From Podarcis bocagei (taxonomy: Eukaryota), in assembly GCA_964188305.1 (NCBI GenBank), contig OZ076903.1: a DNA stretch of 64,000 bases. One strand, 5' to 3'. Within the stretch, counting starts at the first letter, position 1. Each line of letters opens with the position of its first letter. Both the position numbers and the translations under genes were made by a program. The notes beneath the pieces were generated by a model. That model ran no database searches, had not been told where the DNA came from, and saw nothing but the letters and a program-made list of their open reading frames with translations. This document shows positions 1 to 34,066 of this stretch, one piece after another.

Positions 1-393
1 AGCTTACTGGACTGTGAATTTAAGTGCAGCACAAAAACAGAAAATTTTTCGTTAGTGCTGGGGGCGCATTTGAAAAGCTTGGAAGACAAGGCAACTCAGT
101 CTAGGGTGTCATGTGCAGATGGTGTTTAAGCATTACACAGTAGCTGCTCCAAGTCTGCACACTGCAGAGATGGATACCATTAGTTTTTCCCCCTAGTTAG
201 CTATTCCAGGATGATACACCACTTTATTAGACTTTAAAAAACAACAGCCACAATGTCTCCAGTACAGTGAGGGCTTGAGGCTTGGGGAATCATAGCCATA
301 GACCTCCACAGCCCAAACAGGCATGTATGCTTACTGATACATCACTGATAGTTTCATCAGTAAGAGAAATCCCAGGTAATTCAGCAAACTTAC

Positions 394-22373
<21,980 letters not shown>

Positions 22374-23677
22374 GCTGAGAGGCAAGACTTTCTCCTTTAG
22401 GCACCTGAGAGAACAGAAAAGCGACCATTGATGCCAAAAAGGTCATAGCAGCAAAACACAAAACACTATAAGTACAATATAAACATTTATTTATTTATAT
22501 TTTTAATTAAAAAGAAAGAAAGAAAGAAGAACTATACCTTTCATCTAAACTGACTTTAGGGCAAATTCTACAAGCACTTTTAAATACTTGAATATATTAC
22601 AAACACATTATGGTTTTTTTAAAAAAAACATGCAAGATATACCTAATAAATACTTTAGTCAATCTTTGTGAAAACTCATCACTAAAAAAAGAAGTGGCAG
22701 GGTGGGGGCAGGGAAGAAGAAGGGAAAACCAGATGATTACCAGTGGGGATGGAAACAAGGCCTCTGGGTCTTCTTGGCTGGACCAGACCTCCCTGTCAAA
22801 TCTCTTTTTGATCTGTCAAATCAAAATCAGTGCAGCAGGCAATACTGCCTGCTTGAAATGGGCAAAACTAGCTCATTGGGTGGGGTAATTAATGTAGTGC
22901 CCTCCAGCTGTGGACGAACTATAACTCCCACCTTCCCCAGCCATTGACTATGCTGGCTGGGGTTGATGGGAGTTGTAGTCCAACACATCTGGAGAGCCCT
23001 ACTCCTTGTTAGACCACCCCTGTCATAAGGCATAGTGCTGCTCATTTCCCAGTGACATCACAATATACTCTTGGTTACCATCACCAAGCCTCACTCCCTA
23101 GCACACCACAGCCTGATGTTTCAAAAGAAAGCTTTTACTGTCTTCCTTTTTCTTCAGAATATCCCATACCATGGGCCAGATATCTTCATCTTTGAATTGA
23201 TTTTACTCAGAAAAGCTAAGTAAGAATGGCATGCTAATTTCTCATTGTTTTCATTAGGCTGCAAGAGTTATTGTCTGCCTTCCAAGGAAGGATTGCCTGA
23301 TCCATTTCTCCCAACAGTGCTGCCAACCTCTAAATGCTGAAAGAGTGATACAGAGGATAAATGTACGGTACCTTCCTACCTCTCATCAAAGGGGGATACA
23401 AATGGCACATATTTGGCCTAACCTATTTCATCCCCTATAAGTGATATGCATAAGCCAAATGAAGGCATCATACGACTGGGGAGAAGCAGGATCACATGTG
23501 CTATCGCTGTCCTTGGCATTTATGTCTAGTCTCCCCCACCCAAATGATCTCTACCCTACATTCACATACATCAAACCTGCACATATACATACAGATCAAC
23601 GTGCAAAAGGGTGTGATCTCACTCCCTGTCCCTGCACAGATTCTTGAACCCCAGATATCACAATTAAATCCCCAATA

Positions 23678-23930
23678 CAGTCATACCTCAGGATAAATAC
23701 GCTTCAGCATAAGTATTTTCAGGTTGCGCTCCGCGGTGACCTGGAAGTAACAGAGCATGTTACTTCTGGGTTTCGCCGCTCGTGCACGTGCAGACGGTCA
23801 AACTGACGTCACGCGCATGCGCGGAAGCGACGAAACATGACCCGTGCATGCACAAGATGCGTCTTACGTTCTGTTCAGGATGCGAACGGGGCTCCGGAAC
23901 GGATCCCATTTGCATCCCGAGGTACCACTG
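23678..23930. mobile_element. Tigger-like MITE (CAGTCATACCTC / GAGGTACCACTG)
   Basis: Imperfect TIRs, TA flanks, CpG-rich palindromic interior. Confidence 0.75.
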
Positions 23931-24777
23931 TACAGATACAAGAATTCATGTTCAATTGCTTTCTGCTTCTTTGAGACTCATACTTTACATTTCTCTACAA
24001 GCTTGCACAGAGAGCATAAAAAGCATCATCTAACCGAAGATCTGAGTTGCCAATATTTTATAGCCCGTATTTTACATTGGCTCCTTAGCAGCAATGGAAC
24101 CTCACCAACTTGGGGAACGATCAAAGATACTCCTGCAGATGATATCAGTGACCAAGCAGGAATATAAGGGTTCAGGCGATCCCCAAGGTATCCTGGATTC
24201 AAGTTGTTCAGGGCTTCATAAATAAATACAAAAACCATGAACCTAGATCAGTAGCAGATAAGCACCCAGTGCAGCTGTTTTAACAATGACATCACATGTT
24301 CTTGTAATGCGAGCTCCATGATTGAGTGGGGATTTGAACCCTGATCTCCCAGGTCCTACCAACCACTACACCACACTGGCTTCCTAGAGCACTTCTGCTA
24401 TGGGGCAGCTATATAAATTAAGAAGGTAAATAAATATGGAGAAAGCAAAATGTCACTTAGAGAAGGATCTGAAATATTCCCCTTGCAGCTTGGAATCTGT
24501 TCTATTCTGGATTGTTTCATTTAATGTTTTAATGTATTGTAAACTATTCTGAGACCCCCCCCCCCTTTTAAATATAAGGTGTTATAGAAACTCATGGGGG
24601 GGGGGCGAACAACACACCTGTAAACTGCTGTAAACTGTAGGCACTGTCCTTCCATATGCCTCATTACTTGTTCTTGTTTCATCCGTACTCTGCCTTGAAG
24701 CCTTGGGCCAGTCACCATCTCTTAGCATGACCTACCTCATGGGGCTGTTGTGACGACGAAATGGGGAGAACCATGTA

Positions 24778-25174
24778 CAGTGGTACCTCGGGTTACATAC
24801 GCTTCAGGTTACAGACTCCGCTAACCCAGAAATAGTGCTTCAGGTTAAGAACTTTGCTTCAGGATGAGAACAGAAATCGTGCTCCGGCGGCGTGGTGGCT
24901 GCAGGAGGCCCCATTAGCTAAAGTGGTGCTTCAGGTTATTAACAGTTTCAGGTTAAGTGCAGACCTCCGGAACGAATTACCGTATTTTTCGCTCTATAAC
25001 ACGCACCCAACCATAACACACACGTAGTTTTTAGAGGAGGAAAATCCGTAGGCATGCCACCCGTAGGCATTCCCTCCATAACATGCACAGACATTTCCCC
25101 TTACTTTTTAGGAGGAAAAAAGTGAGTGTTGTGGTGCAAAAAATACGGTAAGTACTTAACCCGAGGTACCACTG
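24778..25174. mobile_element. Tigger-like MITE hosting a nested 169-bp MITE
   Basis: TIRs CAGTGGTACCTCGGGTTA / TAACCCGAGGTACCACTG; TA flanks. Confidence 0.88.
24980..25148. mobile_element. 169-bp Tc1/mariner (Tc2/pogo-like) MITE, CCGTATTTTT TIR, nested
   Basis: TA duplication shown by comparison with the empty site GAATTAAGTAC in the 33712 copy. Confidence 0.88.
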
Positions 25175-25289
25175 TACACCACTTTGAGATCTTTGAAAGA
25201 TAAAGGTGGTACTGTATATAAATGTAATAAAAAAGTGAGTTCCTGTCAGGGGAAAAGGTGGGGTATAAATATATAGAGAGAGTAGTAAT

Positions 25290-25437
25290 CAGTGCTTTTT
25301 TCTGGGGGTACGCATACCCCTAAACATTTTATGAATCTTTGTCCTTTTACTGTATTTATAAATTTATAAAATGTTGATTTTCTTGAGTCAAAATGAGAGT
25401 ACCCCTAAACATTTTATTTAGGGGGGGGGAATCACTT
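25290..25437. mobile_element. Short hAT-like element (CAGTGCTTTTTTC end); relative at ~47421-47592
   Basis: Shared ACGCATACCCCTAAACATTTT block; TSD-like GTAGTAAT / GTAATAAT. Confidence 0.55.

Positions 25438-25440
<3 letters not shown>

Positions 25441-25503
<63 letters not shown>
25441..25503. repeat. (AAT)n microsatellite; others at 49481-49530 and 51251-51297 (L2 tails)
   Basis: Direct reading. Confidence 0.95.
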
Positions 25504-25529
25504 GTAACAATAACCCCTTGCAATGCAGG

Positions 25530-26200
25530 TTAACAGCCAGAGGCACTGACTCGCTGAGCGTTTTGGGTTAAAACGCGCGTCAATAAAATACGATATTTCC
25601 CCCTCACTTTTTAATTTTTTTTTTAAATTTGCTTTATTATTATTTTTTTAATTAATTTTAATTTCCCTCCCTAGCAGGTAAACGAAGGTCTGTCTGCCGG
25701 CTCGCCTTTTACCGAAGCCGCGGAGCCCGCCCAGCGCTCGCCCGAGGGAAAAGGCCCCTCGAGCTCCATAGCGACGTAGCTCGCATTACTTACCAGGTTA
25801 AAATCACAGCAGCCACAAAACCCCTCAGCCGCCTATGGCATCCGGGCCGAGAGCAACGGCGTCCCGGAGGCAGCCAAGGATTTAAAATTCCCGGACGGCG
25901 CCAGCACTTCCGCCCTCCATCCAAACAAACGCGGCGTTCTGGCCGGAAAAGGCGGGCCTGGCCGAAAGGGCCCATGGGAGGAAGGTCAGGAGAACGCAAA
26001 AAGAGGGGGGAATGTCGGCCGTTGGTCCGCCATGATGGGTGTTCCGTGGGGTGTGTGTGTTTTTTTAAGAGAGAGTCGGTTTTTAGTTTATTTACTGATG
26101 TAGTTTTGGGCGTCACTTGAGTTTCTTGTGAAATAGAAGCTTTCCTTAGCGAACCGAATTTAGTAACGGGGAGAAAACGCCTCCTGGCCAAAGTTAATGG
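25530..26200 (-). promoter_or_regulatory. MELK CpG-island promoter with CHR-like TTTAAA (25881-25886), upstream CCGG/CTGGCGCC (25891-25904) and ETS CGGAAGTG (25905-25912)
   Basis: Non-repetitive, CpG-dense sequence around the exon 1 donor; motifs read directly from the sequence. Confidence 0.75.
25794..25880 (-). other. MELK: MELK non-coding exon 1 (5'UTR); TSS approximate
   Basis: Consensus donor CTG|GTAAGT at 25793 inside the CpG island, 3.4 kb upstream of exon 2. Confidence 0.7.
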
Positions 26201-26682
26201 CCGTGCAAGGTTGCTTCTTATTTCAGTGGGAGAAATTCAGTAAAATATGTTTAAAGCGCTTAATCCTACGTGGATCGCATTTCTAACTGATTGCTGGCTA
26301 AAGAAGCCTGGGTAAATTTTGCGGGATTTCTTCCTAAGTGTAGGAGCAGCAGAAACGCCCACAGCTGCTTTGATTAGTTTGTCAAGTGGCTGAATATTTA
26401 TGAAGACTTATCCTTAGGATGTTTCTAAGCACTAGTAAAATAACTGCAACTTGTGATCAAATCTAGTGTTGCACTTTCTTTTTTGGTCCGACCCCTCCCC
26501 TCTAAGGAAGTGTGGTGACGAAAACTAGTTTTTAGCACTGCAAATATCCCTCATCACCCGCTTGCCCTGTATTATGTTGCAATTGTCAAACTCAGGAGAA
26601 CTCGTTGTCAGTTTCTCTAATGCCTTCGGCTGTTGCTCTTACTCTCCCCTGCTCATTGCTCTGGTAAAACTGAATGCTTTCC

Positions 26683-26708
<26 letters not shown>
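26683..26708. repeat. (GT)n microsatellite
   Basis: Direct reading. Confidence 0.95.
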
Positions 26709-26713
<5 letters not shown>

Positions 26714-26799
26714 GGACAAACAGCAACTGAGCAGCCCTGAAAATGAGCATTTTTTCCCCAAAGGGAGAAAACTGGGATTTGCATAATTTCGATTAACTA

Positions 26800-26968
26800 C
26801 CGTATTTTTCGTTCTATAACACGCACCCGACCATAACATGCACGTAGTTTTTAGAGGAGGAAAATCCGTAGGCATGCCACCCGTAGGCATTCCCTCCATA
26901 ACATGCACAGACATTTCCCCTTACTTTCTAGGAGGAAAAAAGTGAGTGTTATGGTGCAAAAAATACAG
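26800..26968. mobile_element. Second 169-bp CCGTATTTTT MITE
   Basis: Near-identical to 24980-25148; TA flanks. Confidence 0.88.
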
Positions 26969-27703
26969 TATTTAAAAGCACAGGTAGTTGGATTTAGCTT
27001 CCTTGGATCATCCAAAAATCTCACGAGGGAAATGTGCTTGTGGTCTTCCACAACAAACATGGAGAAAGCAAGGTAGTATTTTATACATCCTAGCCTAATG
27101 GGAAAATAAGTTTTAGGGGTGTGGATGACTTTTCTCTGAACGTTGCTGTGCTTATTTTATTCCTCGAAGGGAGTATTTTACCAGCATTTTTTATATATAG
27201 ACCAGCTGGTGGCAGTAGACTACTGTTCATTTTCTCAACCAAACTTCCCCCAGATTTGTACAGGTCTGCAAGCCTTCAGTATTGTGCTCCATCTGCACAA
27301 CCATGATTAACAAATTTGCAGCACTATATTTTTAACTGCCTTTATAAACAGTTTCGTTGTGCACATTCCAAATACCTTTGGCAGCAAATCTATCAGTTCT
27401 CAAGCATCTTAATAGCATATTTTACTGTGCTGCGAACTTTCATAGACAGAAGACAAGACAAAAACAACAACCCGCTTAGCCCTCTGTCGTTCCATGGAAT
27501 CAAAACTTTCTTTTCCAGTCCAACATCCATACTGCAGGGAAGTGTAATCTTTTCCAGCACTGCAATGTCCAAGCCACTGATACAAGGGTCGTTTCCACCC
27601 CATCATGTATTTTACAACTTGGTGTAATTGATGTCAATGACATCAGTGGTTGCAAGAGTTGTTCTCTGTCTTGTACCATGTATAAACTACGTATTATTAC
27701 TGG

Positions 27704-28602
27704 CAGTGGCGTAGCGTGGGGGGTGCCAGGGGTGCCAGCCGCACCGGGCGCAACATTTGGGGGGCGCGTTTGGCCGGCCCTCCTTGAGGAAGCAGGAACC
27801 CCACTGTCCAGGCGGAGAGACCTCCTCCCGCCGCCAGCCTTCGGAAGGCTGCTCCGAAGCCTGGCGGTGGGGCAGAGAGCAGTGGCGTAGCGTGGGGGGT
27901 GCAGGGGGTGCACGCCGCCTGCCATGCCGCCCTGGCTGCTTCAACCGCGTCCGACAGCCGGCTCGAGGCTCCTTCCGGCCGGGTCTCCCGACGGGGCGCT
28001 GCGGGCGGAGGCTCCAGCACCAAGCGCCACGCCGCCGAGGCTCGGGTCGCTGTCTGGACGCGCGCAGCCCGCCAAACGCGCCATCGGCGGCGCTCTAGTG
28101 CCTGCGCGCCAAGACCGTCCACCCGCCCCGACGGGGCCCCCCCCCACCCGTGCCGGAGGCCGGCCGACGCACTGGCCCCAGAGCCGCCCCCTCCCCGCGC
28201 CAGAAAGAAGCCGCGTCGGGACTAGCCGGGCCGGGGAGGGAGACTGAGAAGGCTGCGCCGCGACGCCCAAAGACGCGCGTCTTGGCGCAAAGGGGCCCGC
28301 GGCACCCAGACGCGGAAGGGACCCTCTCCCCCTGACCCGCCACTGAACTGCAATTTCCAGCTCCCTTGGCAAATCCCAGTCCCCAATCCCCAAGATGCTT
28401 TATTTGAGGCAGGGGTCCTTTAATTGCAAAAACAACACCACGGAGGGCAGTAGTCACCACGACGTTTGCCCCAGAGTAGAGCCGTCAGTATTAATGACCA
28501 TGGTTAGGGGTTAGGGGGCGCAAATTACTTGCCTTGCCCCGGGTTTGGGGGCGCAAATTACTTGCCTTGCCCCGGGTGCTGATAACCCACACTACGCCGC
28601 TG
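27704..28602. mobile_element. GC-rich non-autonomous hAT-type element with a duplicated left end and captured cargo
   Basis: Perfect 8-bp TSD ATTACTGG (27696-27703 and 28603-28610); TIR CAGTGGCGTAG / CTACGCCGCTG. Confidence 0.88.
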
Positions 28603-29879
28603 ATTACTGGACTTCTTCAGAAACTGAACACTTCTGGAGTGATGTAGCACAACGTCACTGATTAAAAAATTAATACAAATCTGTAGTTTTATGTACTTGG
28701 CTGTGATAATTAATTGTTTGCAGAGGCATCAAACAATGCAGCTTGCAACTGGCTTTGCTTTTTCTTCTTCATCGCAACCTAAAGGGATACTTTCCCCCTT
28801 TAAAAGATGTGGTAAAATGCATAATCCAAGCAGTAGCATGGTACAACTTTGGCTGGTCTGTTCTATCCTTCCCCTCATCGCTCAATTAATTTGCTAATTC
28901 TTTCCAGGGATATTTAATTACAGTCAGATCTGTTCAGTTACTGGGCAATATTTGAATCTCCTAGAATTCTCATACATGCGCAGGTGTCTTTCTGACCATT
29001 GGACTTCAAGCCTGTCCAAACTCTCTTTTATTGTTTTGATATTCTAATTGTGTGAGCTCTCCTGGAACCAGTACCACTGAAGGGTGGTATATAAATATTT
29101 CAAATAAAGTAAGCGTGGATGCTTACCTAAAGCCCTCCTGCCTGCAATTCTATGCTTGATTACCTGACACGCATAAGAGGTAACAGCCCGAGATGTGTAT
29201 GAACAAAGGCTTTATATTGATTTTTTTTGAGGGCTGTATTAAATCATACTTAGTGAAACGCAACTGTTGCTTTGCAGTAAAATACATTACAGGATAAAGA
29301 ACCTTTCTGTGATCTAAATAAGGCTCAGCTCTTTAATGGTATATAGTTAAAGGAGTATACTAATGCATTTTATTGCCTGACCCCATTTCTTTTACAGCAG
29401 GTGAGCCCGGCATACTTTAAGGCCATTGTTGTATTCATGTTCTCTTTTACAATACCATTAATGAATTATCATTCTCTAATTTGAAGTTTTAATTATAGCC
29501 TGGGGTGCTGCTCCCTTATTTCTGGTTAGTGAGAGGGAACTGTCTTCTTGGCTCAATCACTTGCTCTCTGTAGAGAATATAAATTTTAAAATGTATGATT
29601 GGAAGGATTTGCAGCCTTGTTTTAACTGTGATTGCCTGTTTCTGGTCCTTTTTCGTTAGCACGGTATTTGCACTTCTCAAATCACTCTCTTTACATCAAT
29701 AGTCACTTAATAAGTCACCCGAAATACTTGTTGGAAAATGATTTTATGGTGTAGGCACTGACTATATTCAGTTCAAACTGCTGGAGTAGCTGTGGGGAAG
29801 GGAGGTGAATTTCATATTGGGGGTCATTTGGAAACAGATGGAACAGAAAACTTCCAGTATCATGATGCTTTTATAGAAA

Positions 29880-30545
29880 TGGGACTGCGCTTGGAGTGCT
29901 GTGTCCAGTTCTGGCTGCCTGGCTTGAAAAAAAGAGATTGTCAAGCTCGAAAAGGGGCAGTTAAAATGATTAAGGGGCTGGAGAAGCTCCCCTGTAAGGA
30001 AACATTACAATGTTTTGGGCTTTTTAGTTTAGGAAAAAGGGAAATACATTGTGACATGATAGATATGAATGAATTGGATTGTGCTTGGGATGAAGGAAGT
30101 GGATAAGGAGAAGTTTCTTTCTCCATACTGTACTAGGACCTAGGATCATCCACTGAACCTGAATGCTGGGAAAATCAGGAAATCCTTCATCCCATAGTGT
30201 ATACAGGGCCAGCCCAGTCATGAGGCAAGGTGAGGCGACCTCCTCAGGTGGCAGAATCCACAGGAGTAACCAATTCAGATGTAGATCTTTATTTCCCCCA
30301 TGTTACTGATGTAGATCTTCACTAACTCTTCCTTGTCGGTCAGGGGGGGATGGGAGCCATTTCGGGGTTCACCTCAGGTGTGCCACCTCAGGTGTCTTGG
30401 GCTGGCCCTGAGTAAACTGTAGAATTAAACTCTTAAACTGTTAAATGGGTTAAACTGTAGAATTCACTGTCGCAAGATGGAGTGGTGTTTGCCAAGTTGG
30501 ATGGTTTAAAAGGGGAGTAAACATATGTGGAGGCTAAGGCTATCC
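29880..30545 (+). mobile_element. Degenerate CR1 LINE fragment interrupted by a hAT-like element (30204-30410)
   Basis: LECCVQFW…AVKMIKGLE…GLFSLGKR resembles the CR1 ORF2 C-terminus; the insert has TIR CAGGGCCAGCC / GGCTGGCCCTG. Confidence 0.7.
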
Positions 30546-32854
30546 ATACGGACTGTTCTTAATTTTGTTTTTGTTTTTTATAGTTTATGCTCATCTTGTG
30601 TGAGCCACTTTGGGAAGGCTATGCCTTAAAAGGCACCATAAGATTATTTCTACAGATGAAAATGAATAAAATATAGAATTTTCCATCAATGCCAAAATGC
30701 GGAAGAATGGACGCTCCTTTTCAACGTACTGCAAAGGAGATGGAAGAGCAGAAATCCATTTAAGGTCACGGGGAGAGAGGGACCAGGGGAAGTTAGTGCT
30801 CCTCACCTGGGCCATACCAAAGGGGCCAGGATGCACTAAGAGCCTAGAAGCCTAAACCAACAAACATTAAACTCCACTGGTCTATTCCTCCCCACTTAAA
30901 ACAAGCACCCTGTGTGTGGCTTGGTGATCAACACTTACTCTGAACTCTTTCTTAGCTGCTGTGACAGTAGTGTTGATTCAGTCACAGGCAAACAAGGGCG
31001 AAAGTTGGCACCAGCAGGATCCACCATCAGGAGTAACCCAAAGATGCTTCCTGCCAACAGCCAAATCCAAGACAGTAAAAGAGCAACATTAGAATGTTGC
31101 AGCCTCCATCACAAAGAGTTGGTTCCATTTGACACTGCATTGTCATGACAACCATGTCAACACTCAACAGCATTGCAATTCTGAGCAACAACTTTCCTTT
31201 TCATTGTTAAAAATAAGAAACCAAGCAGATGCAAAATAGGAACAAATTTCTCTCCAGGCTTGTAGGGTCGTAATGGACCTTCCAGTAAATAATGAAAGGT
31301 TCATTAATTAATAAAATAAAATCCATATCTTCTATAGATGGCATCAGCATGTCCATTTCTGCCGGTTTCAGAGATTTCAATAACTACACTCAGATCATTG
31401 GCAAAGTTGGGTTTCCCCAATAGCAAGTCCCAAAGCATTCTACAGGTATTGATTAGCTGACAAATGGGATTTCAAAATATTGGGACTATTTTCTTCAATT
31501 GCATTGAACAATATCAATGCGGAATTGAGAAGTAGCCAGTTTAATTTATCCCCAATAATTTTGCACCTGTCAACTTGCCTGCCACATATGAACCAGTTCT
31601 GCATAGGGTGTCCTGTCTTTCCAACATGTAAATCATTATGTAGAAAGCATCCTATTCACCCTTACTGGGGCCAAGGGGCTGCTAATTCGAAAGCTGACTG
31701 AACATGGCACTCAGCCACTTTCAGGTGGATACTTGTCTCAGAGCTGGCTCAAGACATTTTGCCGCTTGAGACAAAGGACAATATGGCACCCTTCCATGAC
31801 GTACAGAACTGAACTTGATTGGTAGCTGGCTTTAACTTCCACACTGATGATTGGACAGGACCCTCCATTGTAACTAAGGGCAGACTGTGTGGAGCACACA
31901 GATTGGTCCTCCAACATCTTACCACCACTCCACCTTGCTCCCCCACCCACCGCCTGAAGTGGCTGCCTCACTCTGTCTAATGGTAGAGCCGCCGAGTTTT
32001 CTATCCTCAATTAGCATGTTAGATGATTAATCCTGAGAGGCTGAGTTTTTCTCTCATCACTTTTCCATTCTGAAATCTTCATGGGCACATTATCTGTAGA
32101 CATCCAGATGAAAGGGATCAGAATGATCATTGGTTGCCAATGTTTTAGAAGAGAGGTTCGAATCTAACATAATGGATACTGATCTCTGCGGGGTCTTGCT
32201 ATTTAGCAACCCTCGTCAGCAACAAAATGCATTTTATTTTGAAGATGCATAAGAACCTAGCCAATTATCATCATCAATGTCTTTCTTTAGAAAGCAGGGG
32301 GCAGGAAGATGTGTCTGGTGGGAGTGGTGGTGGCGAGAGATGTCTGATTGCACTATCAGTGCAGATTGCAACGGGCATATTTATTCTCACTCCTGAAGGG
32401 AAAACGTTCGGTGGTTCGCTTTCACCTTTTATACAGCTTTCATTAGCCATGATTCACGAGAAAGTCAATGCAACAGGCAGGTGTGCTTTTGTTTAATGCA
32501 GGATACCATGACCCACACTGCATTTGGGTAACCGTTAACCATAACTACCCACTTGTTGGTGGGTGCAGATGAGAACCTCTTCAGCCTCTTCCAAACCAAT
32601 TGCATGGGCTGTGACAAGCTTTTGGACCTATTTCAAAATATTAGGTTTTATCTTTTGAAGCCTTTCATCCCACAGAGCAAGCATACCATAGACCTCTCCC
32701 TTTACTAGTATGCTCACCTCACCCGCTCCAAGACCCCTCCATTCGGGAAGTATGGCTGTCGCCTGTACTACACAAAGGAAGGCTTTCTTTGTGGTTGAGC
32801 TGTTTCCATAGGACAACCTCCTCCAAGACGCCAGCTGTTGCTTCCTCCACGGGA

Positions 32855-33304
32855 TAATAATAATAATAATAATAATTTTATTTATACCTCGCCCTCCCCG
32901 GCCAGAGCTGGGCTCAGGGCGGCTAACACCAATAAAATCACAGTAAAACATAATAGGGGGGAAAGGGGGGGAGTTAAAATACAGGTTAAAATGCAATTTA
33001 AAATGCAGCCTCATTTTAAAGTAGCTGATAAATCAAGACCATAAGGGGAGGGAAACGTAAGAGTCAAACTGAGTCCAAACCAAAGGCCAGGCGGAACAGC
33101 TCTGTCTTGCAAGCCCTGCGGAAAGATGTCAAGTCCAATAAGGGCCCTAGTCTCTTGTGACAGAGTGTTCCACCACGTCGGGGCCAGTGCTGAAAAGGCC
33201 CTGGTTGAAACCAATCTAACCTCCTTGAGGCTCGGGTCGTCCAAAGTGTTGTTATACCTTAAGGTCCTCTGCGGGGCATACCAGGAGAGGCGGTCCCGTA
33301 GGTA
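32855..33304 (-). mobile_element. L2 LINE 3' fragment with (ATT)n tail
   Basis: RAFSALAPTWWNTL (L2 ORF2 motif) on the minus strand; tandem AAT tail. Confidence 0.8.
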
Positions 33305-33711
33305 GAGCATGAGACTCAAAGAGTCATGAATTCAAGGACCACATTGGGCAAAAGATTCCTGCATTGCAGGGGAATTGGACTAGATGACCCTCGTGGTCCC
33401 TTCCAGCTATACAGTTCTAAGATTCTAATATTCTTAGCTTCCTCCTAGCTTTAGCTTTCGGGTTTTTATACAAAGCTCAGTTGTTTAGAAAGGACTTTGG
33501 CTAGAAAAAGGAATGCATTGTTGCTTTGGTAAGGGAGCCACGTTTCTGCTTTGAAGAACTGTCAAAGGATAGTCCTCTGTTTTGAAATAGCCCTCTCTTT
33601 GAAGGACTTCTGAGTCCAGACCTGGACTCAAAAGCATCATAAAAAAGGGAGAGCAAAGGTACTTTAAGATGTTCTTCTACAGTAGCACATGGGCAGCAAA
33701 CTGAGCAGGTA

Positions 33712-33953
33712 CAGTGGTACCTCGGGTTACATACGCTTCAGGTTACATACACTTCAGGTTACAGACTCCGCTAACACAGAAATAGTGCTTCAGGTTAATA
33801 ACTTTCCTTCAGGATGAGAACAGAAATCGTGCTCCGGCAGCGCGGCGGCAGCGGGAGGCCCCATTAGCTAAAGTGGTGCTTCAGGTTAAGAACAGTTTCA
33901 GGTTAAGTACAGACCTCCAGAACGAATTAAGTACTTAACCTGAGGTACCACTG
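33712..33953. mobile_element. Uninterrupted Tigger-like MITE (242 bp)
   Basis: TIRs and TA flanks. Confidence 0.88.
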
Positions 33954-34066
33954 TATAGATATTGCTAGGCTAGTCTTTCCCCTTATGGGGAGAAGGGTTA
34001 CATTTCTGTTTAAGCTATAGGGATTATTTCCAGATTTGCATCCATACATATGAACTAGCCAATTTA

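Noticed and set aside
27500-28460. Many overlapping 100-150-aa ORFs
   Set aside because: Stop-codon scarcity in very GC-rich DNA; low-complexity R/P/A/G translations that cross transposon termini.
31321-31640. Minus-strand frame LHVGKTGHPMQ resembling a GIY-YIG motif
   Set aside because: The resemblance is too weak, with no supporting motif or element boundaries.
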